Part shown: positions 9,400 through 18,657 of the stretch, piece by piece
Position numbering within the stretch: the stretch's first letter is position 1
How the letters are laid out: each line of letters begins with the position of its first letter
Assembly: GCA_042408215.1 (NCBI GenBank)
Contig: JAYFMW010000008.1
Coordinates: 96,001 to 160,000 of the forward strand
Origin: Microcoleus sp.
GTDB taxonomy: Bacteria; Cyanobacteriota; Cyanobacteriia; Cyanobacteriales; Microcoleaceae
Reading direction: 5' to 3'
DNA length: 64,000 nt
Notes under the pieces: model-generated
The model's input: only the letters and a program-made list of their open reading frames with translations
Databases searched by the model: none
Told to the model about the DNA's origin: nothing
Translations under genes and position numbers: made by a program

Positions 9400-9976
9400 C
9401 TGATTGGACTCCGTAACGTTTCAATAAGTGGACTAAAAAGGTTGCTGCGGTGGCGGGTGTAGCCGTCTCTGTACCGTCGGCTGTTTGAGTGATTTGCCAA
9501 CCTTGGGCGGTTTGGGGTTTGCGCCACAAGTCTAAATGTGCGATCGAGGGCGAAGCATAAAAACTGTCTCCACCGCCACCGAGAATAGCCGAACTCCAGT
9601 GCGTAAAGCGATCGTGGCTGAGTCGGTGGATGGGAAAATTGCCCCCCAGGGGTACTCCCCAACCGTCTAGGGCAAAAAATGCCGCGACTTTGCCGCCGAT
9701 TTGCTCCCACATCCAAGCCGCCCCGATCGCCCCGGCTACCCCAGCCGAAAAGCTTGCAAATACTAGACTTTCTCCAGCCAACTCTTGACAGCACAAAAAG
9801 TGCAATATGTCAATAGCTGAAAAAGCTGGATATTTATGAGCGGGAAAAATCTTGACATGAGAGACTGTTTGGGTATTTTGCCGAGTTTCTGCGTCTCCCC
9901 AAACCTCTGAAAGTCCCGCCAGGAAACAATCGGTTAGTTTTGGGTCGTGGATTCCGGGGCAAATTACCAGTCTCAT
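9392..9976 (-). CDS. Conserved cyanobacterial hypothetical protein (alpha/beta-hydrolase-like)
   Basis: ICPGIH, FSAG, DGWGVPL and SHDRFTHWSS motifs. Confidence 0.75.
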   Translation of the reverse strand: MRLVICPGIHDPKLTDCFLAGLSEVWGDAETRQNTQTVSHVKIFPAHKYPAFSAIDILHFLCCQELAGESLVFASFSAGVAGAIGAAWMWEQIGGKVAAFFALDGWGVPLGGNFPIHRLSHDRFTHWSSAILGGGGDSFYASPSIAHLDLWRKPQTAQGWQITQTADGTETATPATAATFLVHLLKRYGVQSVV

Positions 9977-10247
9977 CGCTCTTCCATAAAATTAATTACG
10001 AGCTTAACATAACTTTACTTTATTGTACACCCTAATTAATTATATGCTATCCAGGGGGATAGGATGTTAAACTAATAACAGAGTCGTGTTTGAAGGGTAT
10101 CCCCCAGATAAAAGCCCTGGGAATGCTCCGAGACACCGCAACCAGAGGCAAGGTGAGGAAGTCTTAAGAAAACATAAAACTTAACGATCCTTCAGACCCT
10201 GCGGCGTATTCTATTGCCTTTCCCATCAGATTCAGATCCCCCCCTGC

Positions 10248-10390
10248 GGGCGGGCACGGGGGCACCGCCCCTACAAAGGCAGGGCTGTTTCATTCTTTGT
10301 AGGGGCAAACCCCCCGTGGTTGCCCTGATGGCCCAAACACGCATTCGATGGTTGGTGGTGGGGTAGGCACGGGGGCACTACCCCTACAAA
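10248..10390. repeat. Cluster of GTAG-type REP-like palindromes
   Basis: GGGCACGGGGGCACCGCCCCTAC / GTAGGGGCAAACCCCCCGTGGTTGCCC / GGCACGGGGGCACTACCCCTAC; related copies at ~18492-18519, ~41114-41188 and ~51174-51200. Confidence 0.75.
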
Positions 10391-10434
10391 ACCCTCGTTC
10401 GACTCTGAAAATCATTCTAATTGAGGAATACAAA

Positions 10435-11634
10435 GTGGTTGCTTCTCCCGAAAAAATTGAGTTTAAAACATCTGCGACACCGGCAAACAGCGATCGCGTA
10501 GCTGTCTTGTTGATGGGTTACGGCGAAGTTGAAAGCTACGATGATTTTGCCAACTACAACGAACAAGCTTTAAACTTACTGACGGCAAAGTTTGCGCCAG
10601 TACCAACTTGGATTTATCCGCCGCTGGCGAAGATTTTGGCAATTTTTGACTTGCATGAATGGAGTCACCAACACGGTCAATTTGTGTCGCCGCACAATGC
10701 TATTTTTGAACAGCAGCGCGCGGGAATTGAACATAATTTGCAGGAGAAATGGGGCGACAAAGTAAAAGTGTTCAAAGCTTTTAACTTTTGCGCGCCGTTT
10801 TTGCCGGAACAAGTAATCCCGCAAATTAAAGCTGAAGGATTTGACAAAATTCTGATTTATCCGCTGTTGGTTGTTGATTCTGTTTTCACCAGTGGGATTG
10901 CAGTAGAACAGGTGAATAAGGCTTTAGCACAAACCTTTGATGGTAAGGAACATTGGGTAAAAGGACAGCGCTACATTCCTTCTTTTTACGATGAACCTGC
11001 TTACATTGATTTGATGGCGCATTTGGTAGAAGAGGAAATTAAGCATGATTTAGCAGTAGCGCATTTGCCTTCTCAGATTGGGATTGTGCTGATGAATCAC
11101 GGTTGTCCGCACAAGGCGAAGGGCTTTACTTCGGGTATTGTGGAAAGTCAAGCTTTGTACGATCGCGTGCGGGAACGTTTGATGTATCGTTATCCTTTGA
11201 TTTCGGTGGGCTGGCTGAATCACGACACGCCGCTGATTGAATGGACTCAGCCGGATGCGACGTTGGCTGCGAAGAATTTGATTGATTTGGGTGCAACTGC
11301 GATCGTGTTTATGCCGATCGGATTTGCAACAGAAAATCACGAAACTTTGTTAGATGTAGATCATGTGATTGAGGGTTTGCAGAAGCAACGTCAGGGAGTT
11401 ACTTATCGCAAATTGCCTTGCGTGAATGACCATCCTGAGTTCCTGAAAATGGCGGCGGAGTGGGCTAATCCTCAAATTGAAGCGTTGTTGAGTGAAAGTG
11501 CTGTGGCGGTAAATCCGAATTTGGTTGTTCGGGATCACGTACATTCTCATGGGGATCATGGGCATAATCATGGGGATCATGGGCATTCTCACGGGGATCA
11601 TGGGCATTCTCACGGGCACGGGCACAGTCATTAA
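10435..11634 (+). CDS. hemH: Ferrochelatase-family chelatase with His-rich C-terminal tail
   Basis: AVLLMGYG, PIGFATENHETLLD and PCVNDHPEF motifs; (HSHGDHG)n tail. GTG start at 10435 preferred because the upstream ORF extension runs through REP DNA. Confidence 0.8.
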   Translation: MVASPEKIEFKTSATPANSDRVAVLLMGYGEVESYDDFANYNEQALNLLTAKFAPVPTWIYPPLAKILAIFDLHEWSHQHGQFVSPHNAIFEQQRAGIEHNLQEKWGDKVKVFKAFNFCAPFLPEQVIPQIKAEGFDKILIYPLLVVDSVFTSGIAVEQVNKALAQTFDGKEHWVKGQRYIPSFYDEPAYIDLMAHLVEEEIKHDLAVAHLPSQIGIVLMNHGCPHKAKGFTSGIVESQALYDRVRERLMYRYPLISVGWLNHDTPLIEWTQPDATLAAKNLIDLGATAIVFMPIGFATENHETLLDVDHVIEGLQKQRQGVTYRKLPCVNDHPEFLKMAAEWANPQIEALLSESAVAVNPNLVVRDHVHSHGDHGHNHGDHGHSHGDHGHSHGHGHSH

Positions 11635-12104
11635 TTAGGAGCTCAGAAACCGGGTTTTTGCGAAAATACTGCGTTACAGACGACAGATTAAGTAAAAACC
11701 CGGTTTCTTTGTGGGAGTGGGTAATACTTTCTGACTGGGCGGTTGAAACCGCGTCTACACGAACAATGACCATCCTGAGTTCCTGAAAATGGCGGCGGAG
11801 TGGGCTAATCCTCAAATTGAAGCGTTGTTGAGTGAAAGTGCGATCGCGGTGAATCCGAATTTGGTTGTTCGGGATCACGTACATTCTCATGGGGATCATG
11901 GGCATTCTCATGGGGATCATGGGCATTCTCACGGCGATCATGGGCATTCTCATGGGCACGGGCACAGTCATTAATTAGGAGCTCAGAAACCGGGTTTTTG
12001 CGAAAATACTGCGTTACAGACGACAGATTAAGTAAAAACCCGGTTTCTTTGTGGGAGTGGGTAATACTTTCTGACTGGGCGGTTGAAACCGCGTCTACAC
12101 GAAC
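11425..12104 (+). repeat. 340-bp tandem duplication (11425-11764 / 11765-12104) of the chelatase 3' end and downstream repeats
   Basis: Both copies begin AATGACCATCCTGAG and end CTACACGAAC; a few substitutions differ. Confidence 0.95.
11765..11974 (+). pseudogene. Duplicated 3' fragment of the chelatase gene (His-rich tail; 61-aa ORF from 11789)
   Basis: Near-identical to 11425-11634. Confidence 0.8.
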
Positions 12105-12203
12105 GAAGTCCGCCTACGCGGACTAAGAAATTTAACCAGGATTTGGTATAAGTTGAGATTGATTTAGGTGAAAAGGGCGATCGGCTTATCTGCCTGATAA
12201 TTG

Positions 12204-12656
12204 CTATCTGCAATTATTTCGGCTATGGGAGGGAGACGTAGTTACAATCTGACCCTCGCCAATCGAGATACTTTTCAGATTACGAGATTTCAGTGCTGCA
12301 ACCAGTCGATCTGCCTTTGAACGGTTATAGAATGAAGCAACTTGAATCAGGTTAAGCGAGGAATCGTAAAAAGCATTACAACAGAAAGACTGGTGAATTA
12401 TTTTTAATTTTTCTGCACTGTAAGCAATATAAACAGGATACCAAGTATTAGTGCCACCCGCAGTTTTATCTCCGCAATAAGTCAGAGAAGAATTCAAAGA
12501 ATTAGTTTGAGTAGTCTTTTTATGGCTAATACTCTGCTGAGGTGGCTGACCATAATACCAACCTAAATATAATATACAAGCTCCCCCTATTCCTGTCATC
12601 AACCAAAGGAATTGGGGGTAAGACATACCTGATATTGAATTTTTGTGCCTTTTCAT
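12204..12656 (-). CDS. Hypothetical single-TM protein with SPOR-like C-terminal motif
   Basis: N-terminal TM segment; IQVASFYNRSKA resembles SPOR; low GC. Confidence 0.65.
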   Translation of the reverse strand: MKRHKNSISGMSYPQFLWLMTGIGGACILYLGWYYGQPPQQSISHKKTTQTNSLNSSLTYCGDKTAGGTNTWYPVYIAYSAEKLKIIHQSFCCNAFYDSSLNLIQVASFYNRSKADRLVAALKSRNLKSISIGEGQIVTTSPSHSRNNCR

Positions 12657-12714
12657 ATCTATACTTGCTAAACCTAGCTTGATTCTTAGGGTAGGCTATA
12701 CCCCTGTATGCAAA

Positions 12715-12753
12715 AACCTAAGAGGATTGCAAGATATAGCAATCCTCTTAGGT
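12715..12753. terminator. Perfect hairpin, possible bidirectional terminator
   Basis: ACCTAAGAGGATTGC-AAGATATA-GCAATCCTCTTAGGT. Confidence 0.55.
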
Positions 12754-12820
12754 CTAGTTGAAAAGTCATTGAGGAATGCTATAAATAACTAAAAAAGATG
12801 CAAAAGAGTTGACTTGCAAC

Positions 12821-13039
12821 TTAACGTTGAGATCTGTCATATTCATCCCAAGCTTTAAAGTTAGCACTTATGATACGACTCTCAATCCTTTGATTGGTGA
12901 TGGCAGTTTTCAGAGACTCCTGTAATCCAACTATTTCACCTACAAGTCGAGTAGCAGGATTGCTAGAATTTGGGATTTCGCCTTTGTTATTTTTGGATAA
13001 ATCGCTGCTGGAATTGGGATCGTAGGAGTTGTGTGTCAT
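12821..13039 (-). CDS. Small hypothetical protein
   Basis: 72-aa ORF preceded by AGGA RBS. Confidence 0.6.
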   Translation of the reverse strand: MTHNSYDPNSSSDLSKNNKGEIPNSSNPATRLVGEIVGLQESLKTAITNQRIESRIISANFKAWDEYDRSQR

Positions 13040-13117
13040 GGTATTTTTCCTAATTTGGACTAAATTTTTGATTCGCGAATGTCGGAAAATTTAAGTTTAC
13101 AATATGTAAACTTAACA

Positions 13118-13303
13118 TTATTCAAACATTTTCTTCATATCGTCTAGTAGTTTTTGTTTTGCCTGTTGTTTAACTTCTTCGGGATAATTACTATTTACTA
13201 GCTTATCGATTTCCTCTCCAAATTTCTGATACACATATCGCATCCTTTCTGATTTTGCATCATCATCGCTATTAAAACTGGGATCGTAGGAGTTATGTGT
13301 CAT
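13118..13303 (-). CDS. Small chimeric hypothetical protein
   Basis: Same leader and start (MTHNSYDP) as 12821-13039; C-terminus paralogous to 13376-13831. Confidence 0.55.
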   Translation of the reverse strand: MTHNSYDPSFNSDDDAKSERMRYVYQKFGEEIDKLVNSNYPEEVKQQAKQKLLDDMKKMFE

Positions 13304-13375
13304 GGTATTTTTCCTAATTTGGACTAAATTTTTGATTCGCGAATGTCGGAAAATTTAAGTTTACAATATGTAAAC

Positions 13376-13831
13376 TTAACATTCTTTAAACGATTGCTTC
13401 ATGGCATCTAGTAGTTCTTGTTTGGCGGGTTGTTTAACTTCTTCTGGATAATTACTATTTACTAGCCGATCGATCTCACCTCCAAATTTCTGATACACAT
13501 CTCGAATCCTTTCTCTTTTTCCATCAGCACGACGGCTATTCACACCAGTTTTCATATCTTGTGCAAAGTCTGAATAAGCAAAGCGGATATCTCGCATTCC
13601 ACGCCCAATAACAATTACCAATCCTGTAACAGGAACGAATAGTGCGCTGCCAATAAAGCCAAGAGCTATGTCTCTTTCAACATTGCTAGGTATTATTGCC
13701 CTTCCACTGTCATTCTCATAGCGTACAGGAACAGATTTTCCATTTATCCAAACTTGCTCGTTTCCTTGATGATTCATATTGTATATTTCCTCGTATTTCC
13801 TCTGTAACTGCTTTTTAGTTTGAATCCACAA
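13376..13831 (-). CDS. Hypothetical protein with one TM segment
   Basis: 151-aa ORF; true start may be an internal Met. Confidence 0.6.
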   Translation of the reverse strand: MWIQTKKQLQRKYEEIYNMNHQGNEQVWINGKSVPVRYENDSGRAIIPSNVERDIALGFIGSALFVPVTGLVIVIGRGMRDIRFAYSDFAQDMKTGVNSRRADGKRERIRDVYQKFGGEIDRLVNSNYPEEVKQPAKQELLDAMKQSFKEC

Positions 13832-14135
13832 AACTTACTAAAAAAGAAATAGCAAGCACCCACACAATGACAGGAAGCAATAAACGAGGCAAAAAAACTG
13901 ATGTTATAATACCACAAATTATAACAGTCACTCTAACTGCGTGCCGAAGTTCCTGTGGAGTTGCATAGCCAAATTTACTCTTTATATAACCTTCAGATGG
14001 CTTAACAAAGAGCCAAGGTAAAAAGAACGAATCCTTCGTATTTTCGCTGATAAAACGTGCCAAAAATCGCATGAGTGCAATCGTCGGCCCCACTAAAATT
14101 AGAATGCAGATAAAAGCTATGCAAAAATCTAGCAT
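13815..14135 (-). CDS. Hypothetical membrane protein
   Basis: 106 aa with about 3 hydrophobic segments; tightly coupled to neighbours. Confidence 0.6.
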   Translation of the reverse strand: MLDFCIAFICILILVGPTIALMRFLARFISENTKDSFFLPWLFVKPSEGYIKSKFGYATPQELRHAVRVTVIICGIITSVFLPRLLLPVIVWVLAISFLVSFVDSN

Positions 14136-14136
14136 T

Positions 14137-14529
14137 TTAATTTTTCCTGTCTGAGTGTGTTTGTTCGGAATTTTTAGACCATTTTTTAGGCAGTTTTAAC
14201 AAGCCAAAGAAATCAGGTATTATCCATACATTTCGTTTCTCCGATTCTTTTCTTATTTCCGCTATCCTCTTTCCAACAGATTCTTGGTAATTTTCAAACA
14301 AAGCATAAACATAGATTTCCGTTACCTCTTCTACCTGACTCGCTGGCGATTTTAGAGCATTGATAACTTCTTCACCTGTCAGTTTTGCTTCTCTGATAAT
14401 TTCTTCTATCTGTGTACTAGAAATTAGACCTTGAGCCAAAAGTTGATCTAGTTTTTGTGCAAGTTGAGTTTGATACTCATTTAGCTCTTGTCTGATCCGA
14501 GCTGTTAGTTCTCCTAGATTAGTTTCCAT
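14137..14529 (-). CDS. Hypothetical helical protein, first gene of a low-GC operon
   Basis: 130-aa ORF with GGA RBS. Confidence 0.6.
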   Translation of the reverse strand: METNLGELTARIRQELNEYQTQLAQKLDQLLAQGLISSTQIEEIIREAKLTGEEVINALKSPASQVEEVTEIYVYALFENYQESVGKRIAEIRKESEKRNVWIIPDFFGLLKLPKKWSKNSEQTHSDRKN

Positions 14530-14807
14530 TGATTTTGTCCAAGCACTACTTTATAGGCTAACTGCTGATGTTAACTTGGGACTAATGCTATAACCGTAAG
14601 GGTGACGACCGCATCCAGGGTAAAATGTATTATTTGTTACAATTCAGCTAGCGTTTTACACCCACAGCGCTATTTGCCTGTACGATCGCACTCAGCTAAA
14701 CCACATTATAAGCCAGCCACAACCTAGCCGCAATCTAGTAACACCTATCCAAGACTACAAATTAAGCTATAATTCCACTAGGAAAATTTTTATAAAGAAT
14801 CACTGCA

Positions 14808-15296
14808 ATGCCCCCTACCAACGAACAGTTCACCCAAGCTGCAAACCACTGGGACTTGGAAACACTGTACACCGATATAGCCTCCGCTAAAGGAAAGCGT
14901 CTCACACCGGTCGAAAAGCTGCACCTGCGCGGCTTGCTTTCCGGTTACAGTCCCGCTGAAGTAGCAGATAAACTCCATAAAAGCGTCAAAGGCGTTGAAA
15001 GTGAAATGTGTACTACTTTATACCCACACATTAAAAGTCTTGTTGGCAAATCCAATGAAAAAGTAGAAAACTGGAGAAATATTACTGAGTGGCTTGAGGA
15101 AGCTGGATATAAAACTCAGTTATCGGCTGAATCTCAATTCAATAATTGCGTACCTGTTGACATTATGGGAAAGATAGCTCATATAAGTATTAAGAAAAAT
15201 AGAATAACAATTGAAATAGACCTGCAACTATCCGATCAACTACCTTCACAACCTCCAACAGAAGACTCAAATAACAACAATCACACTAATAACTAA
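14808..15296 (+). CDS. wHTH DNA-binding protein of the type found at the N-terminus of cyanobacterial STAND/vWA-MoxR-associated proteins
   Basis: KRLTPVEKLHLRGLLSGYSPAEVA...LYPHIKSL...VENW motif. Confidence 0.7.
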   Translation: MPPTNEQFTQAANHWDLETLYTDIASAKGKRLTPVEKLHLRGLLSGYSPAEVADKLHKSVKGVESEMCTTLYPHIKSLVGKSNEKVENWRNITEWLEEAGYKTQLSAESQFNNCVPVDIMGKIAHISIKKNRITIEIDLQLSDQLPSQPPTEDSNNNNHTNN

Positions 15297-15431
15297 GTTC
15301 TCATGAAAAATACGAAATTTGTGACCAAAAGTGCTATAGTATAGCCTTTATATAGTCTTGGGCGCGGGTTTCGTCCATTGTGGGGAGTAGTCAATAACAC
15401 CGATGTTTATTTTATCATGATTGGTGGGTGC

Positions 15432-15582
15432 CCAGAAACCGGGTTTTTGCGAGAATATTTGGTAACAGGCGAAGATTGGGGAAAAAACCCGGTTTCTTTG
15501 ATAGTGCGTGGCTGGCCAGAAACCGGGTTTTTGCGACAAACTTCGTTACAGTGCAAAGGTTTGGGGGAAAACCCGGTTTCTT
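15432..15582. repeat. Two AGAAACCGGGTTTTT...AAAAACCCGGTTTCT palindromic elements
   Basis: Same family at ~11645-11710, ~11985-12050, ~23273-23338 and ~45578-45642. Confidence 0.85.
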
Positions 15583-15642
15583 TGATTGTGCGCGAGTGGC
15601 CTGAATTTGACAATTGACTATGCAGTTTTTACAATGGACAGC

Positions 15643-15990
15643 TTATTCCCCATCTTCTGGTGGCACAATTATTTCCAGTTCCACAATTAAGGATGGTAAC
15701 TCATTCTGAACAACATCCCAAACAACCGCTAAATCAACCCGATCGTACTCGTGGATAATCCTATTACGCATCCCTATCATACGCCTCCAGGGAATCTGAG
15801 GTAGGGATAAACAAGTTTCTTCCGAAAGTCGTCTAGACGCTTCCCCAATTATCTCAACTCGCCGAATTACAGAATCTTGCAATTGGATATCTGCCAAAAA
15901 TTCTGTCTGAGTTTTGCCTGAAACATAGCTCAAAGCTAGTCTAGATGCAATTAGAATATCCAGCAAAGCATGAAGCTCACGAGGTTGCAT
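15643..15990 (-). CDS. hepT: HepT/DUF86 HEPN RNase toxin
   Basis: IIGEAS and GMRNRIIHEY (RX4H) motifs. Confidence 0.9.
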   Translation of the reverse strand: MQPRELHALLDILIASRLALSYVSGKTQTEFLADIQLQDSVIRRVEIIGEASRRLSEETCLSLPQIPWRRMIGMRNRIIHEYDRVDLAVVWDVVQNELPSLIVELEIIVPPEDGE

Positions 15991-16294
15991 AAATCACCTG
16001 AGCTGAATTAAGGATAGCTTGACGGCGGAGATAGTTTAAGCTGTGTTCAATAGCTCCTTTGCTGACGAAATCTACTTTCCGCTCAAAAATAGCTTCTAAT
16101 TCTTCTTCCATTTGCATCAACTTCAATAAAGTCCAATGAAAATCTGGCTCGAAACTTGCGAGAATATCTATGTCGCTGTCTGGACGAAAATCATCCCGCA
16201 GCACCGAACCAAATAAGGCAAATTCAGTGATTTTCCAGCGCTGGCAAAAATCAACTATTTGATCTTTCGGGATTTCGATATTATTGACTAACAT
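15977..16294 (-). CDS. mntA: MntA minimal nucleotidyltransferase antitoxin
   Basis: LFGSVLRDDFRPDSDIDIL; overlaps hepT. Confidence 0.9.
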   Translation of the reverse strand: MLVNNIEIPKDQIVDFCQRWKITEFALFGSVLRDDFRPDSDIDILASFEPDFHWTLLKLMQMEEELEAIFERKVDFVSKGAIEHSLNYLRRQAILNSAQVIYATS

Positions 16295-16320
16295 TTAAGT
16301 CGCCTCCAAAATCAACATCT

Positions 16321-16881
16321 CTACGCAAACAATGCGGCCACGGACGCGCTAAAACCCGGTAATAAAGCACTGGTTAAATTATCTTCTTTAAACAAAGTCA
16401 TCGCTAATTTCAAAACCCCATTTTCCCGCAAGTAAACCTCAACTTTTTGCTGTAGTCTGTCAAAAATCCAGTATTCCCGCACGCCCTGAACCGAATATAA
16501 TTTTAACTTAGATTGCCGATCGCGCCTTTCATTTTCCTCACCCGGAGACATTACCTCTACCACCAACTCCGGCGCACCAGCCAAATGTCCAGACTCATCT
16601 AATATTTGTGCTAAACGCTCATAGCTTACCCAAACCACATCAGGAATAACATTGTCACCATTCGTGAAGATCAAACCAGCAGTGGTTGCAGCCTTACCTA
16701 AACCCGTCTCTATCGACCAATTATTTAAGGTTCTGCAAACATTGTCAACAATATTTTGATGTTCCCAGTGGGGTGCTCTTGTCACGACTAATTCTCCTTC
16801 AATTATTTCATAACGGTTGCCATTATCGGGTAATAATTCTAAATCAGCGCTTGTCCAGCGAACTCTTTCTGTAGTTGACAT
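16321..16881 (-). CDS. Uma2-family (DUF820) endonuclease
   Basis: RYEIIEGEL, VIPDV, PELVVEVMSP and GVREYW motifs. Confidence 0.92.
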   Translation of the reverse strand: MSTTERVRWTSADLELLPDNGNRYEIIEGELVVTRAPHWEHQNIVDNVCRTLNNWSIETGLGKAATTAGLIFTNGDNVIPDVVWVSYERLAQILDESGHLAGAPELVVEVMSPGEENERRDRQSKLKLYSVQGVREYWIFDRLQQKVEVYLRENGVLKLAMTLFKEDNLTSALLPGFSASVAALFA

Positions 16882-16921
16882 AGCTTTGACTCCGCTCAGT
16901 TCTATTTTGATTATATCTGAT

Positions 16922-17100
16922 ATCTTGCACCATTCCCAATTAGCCCTTCATGGGCGGGCTGGATTCCCGCCCCACAATAACATTAATTAATTCTTTGTGG
17001 AACAGGCATCTTGCGGCGGGCTGGATTCCCGCCCCACAATAACATTAATTAATTCTTTGTGGAACAGGCATCTTGCCTGTTCTTAAGAAAGGCGCAAGAT
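16922..17100. mobile_element. MITE-like element with an internal 62-bp tandem duplication
   Basis: Ends ATCTTGCACC ... GGCGCAAGAT; duplicated unit at 16953 and 17015; related sequence at ~23453-23545. Confidence 0.6.
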
Positions 17101-17175
17101 GTGAGTTATAGTCTAATTTGGTGCGCCGCTGTGAGATTTTCCAGCTATTTGAAATAGCTCAAGGCGACCCGCACC

Positions 17176-18429
17176 CTACAGTATTGCGATCGCCCCAACC
17201 AACTTATCAATCTCCGCCTCAGTGGTAAAATAGTGAACGCAAGCCCGCACACAATCAGGATTCAGAATTGTCCGCACCATAATCCCCTGTTTCTCCAACA
17301 AATCGACAAGCTTTTTGTGCGGCATCCCATTAGTTACTCGAAAAGAAACTAAACCCGCTTCCGGTGCAGATGTCCGCAAACATTCTACATGACTAATTTC
17401 CGACAAACTCTCCCAGAGATACTTACTCAAACGGCAGATTTCTCCATACCTTTCCTCCATCGTACCCCATTCGTGTTGCAGGGCGATCGCCACCCGCAAA
17501 CCCACATACAAAGGATAAGCCGAAGTGGCTATTTCGTAACGTTGAGCTCCCGGCTTTAAGCCGATCGGTTTAGCATTTGCATCCGTCACAATTCCCCGCC
17601 AACCGATAAACACCGGATGCAAATCTGCCAAAGCTTCAGCACTCACATAAAGTCCGCCCAAACCCTCCGGGCCGCACCACCATTTATGACCAGTAAAAGC
17701 ATAAAAGTCAACCCCCGATTCAATCAAATTCAAAGGCAAAACCCCCACAGATTGAGCCGCATCAACTAACACTCTAACTTTGTGATTCTGCACAGGTAAT
17801 TCCTCTTGTCCCCCCCCTTCATAAGGGGGGGTTAGGGGGGGTTCATTCAATACTTGATCGAGGGGGGTTAGGGGGAGTTCATAACCTTCATGACACACCT
17901 TTACAATCTCAGCCAGAGGCAAAACTTGGCCAGTATTCCACAAAATATGACTGATTACCAACAAACGAGTATTCGGCTGCAAATAACTAGCAATTACCGC
18001 CACCGCATCTCCCTCATTCAAAGTAGCCGCCAACGGACAAACCGAAACCTCAATGTTGAAACGGCGCTGAAGTTCCATTACACTAGCTACAATGCCCGGA
18101 TGTTCGCAGTCAGAGAGCAATAAATGGTCGCCCGATCGCCAATCAATGCCCCACAGAGCAATATTGCAGCCGACGGTGACATCTTCAGTCAGGGCGATCG
18201 TTTCGGGGGGGACGCCTAACTCGTTTGCCATCGCACAGCGCGTCAGCATCGCCTCCTGAGCCACCCAAGCACCGATTTCCCCCGAAAACGGCCCCCCAAG
18301 CTGCACCCGTTTATAGGCCCCATAAATCGCCTCTAAAGCAGGCTCAGGCAACGGCCCTTGTCCGCCGTAGTTAAAATAAGCTTTATTGGCCAAAGCTGGA
18401 AATTGTTGCCGATGTTTGTCCTTTGTCAT
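17176..18429 (-). CDS. Class V PLP-dependent aminotransferase / cysteine(cystine) lyase-like, with an in-frame repeat insertion
   Basis: YFNYGGQGP, DAAQS and TGHKW (PLP lysine) motifs. Confidence 0.88.
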   Translation of the reverse strand: MTKDKHRQQFPALANKAYFNYGGQGPLPEPALEAIYGAYKRVQLGGPFSGEIGAWVAQEAMLTRCAMANELGVPPETIALTEDVTVGCNIALWGIDWRSGDHLLLSDCEHPGIVASVMELQRRFNIEVSVCPLAATLNEGDAVAVIASYLQPNTRLLVISHILWNTGQVLPLAEIVKVCHEGYELPLTPLDQVLNEPPLTPPYEGGGQEELPVQNHKVRVLVDAAQSVGVLPLNLIESGVDFYAFTGHKWWCGPEGLGGLYVSAEALADLHPVFIGWRGIVTDANAKPIGLKPGAQRYEIATSAYPLYVGLRVAIALQHEWGTMEERYGEICRLSKYLWESLSEISHVECLRTSAPEAGLVSFRVTNGMPHKKLVDLLEKQGIMVRTILNPDCVRACVHYFTTEAEIDKLVGAIAIL

Positions 18430-18657
18430 TTTTTTGGGTAATTAATTGATAGCGTTAATATTGATAGGACTTACACAATAATCCTAGAGATGGGCAACCA
18501 CGGGGGGATTGCCCCTACAAAACACTATATATGGACTATGCGCGCCCATGACCGATCGAATAAATATCAATCTCAAAAACATCTCTCAAAAAGCCTGACT
18601 GACATCCGTTACATCCGTTACAAAATCCGTTGCCGAACTTCCTTCTGCGAACACTAA

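Noticed and set aside
10080..10235. Riboswitch (e.g. cobalamin) upstream of the chelatase
   Set aside because: Some pairing potential, but no convincing conserved boxes; an Rfam covariance search would be needed.
17176..18429. dndA
   Set aside because: It is a class V PLP enzyme but lies >25 kb from the island and lacks a recognisable IscS/DndA SSGSACS loop; host IscS/SufS can supply sulfur.
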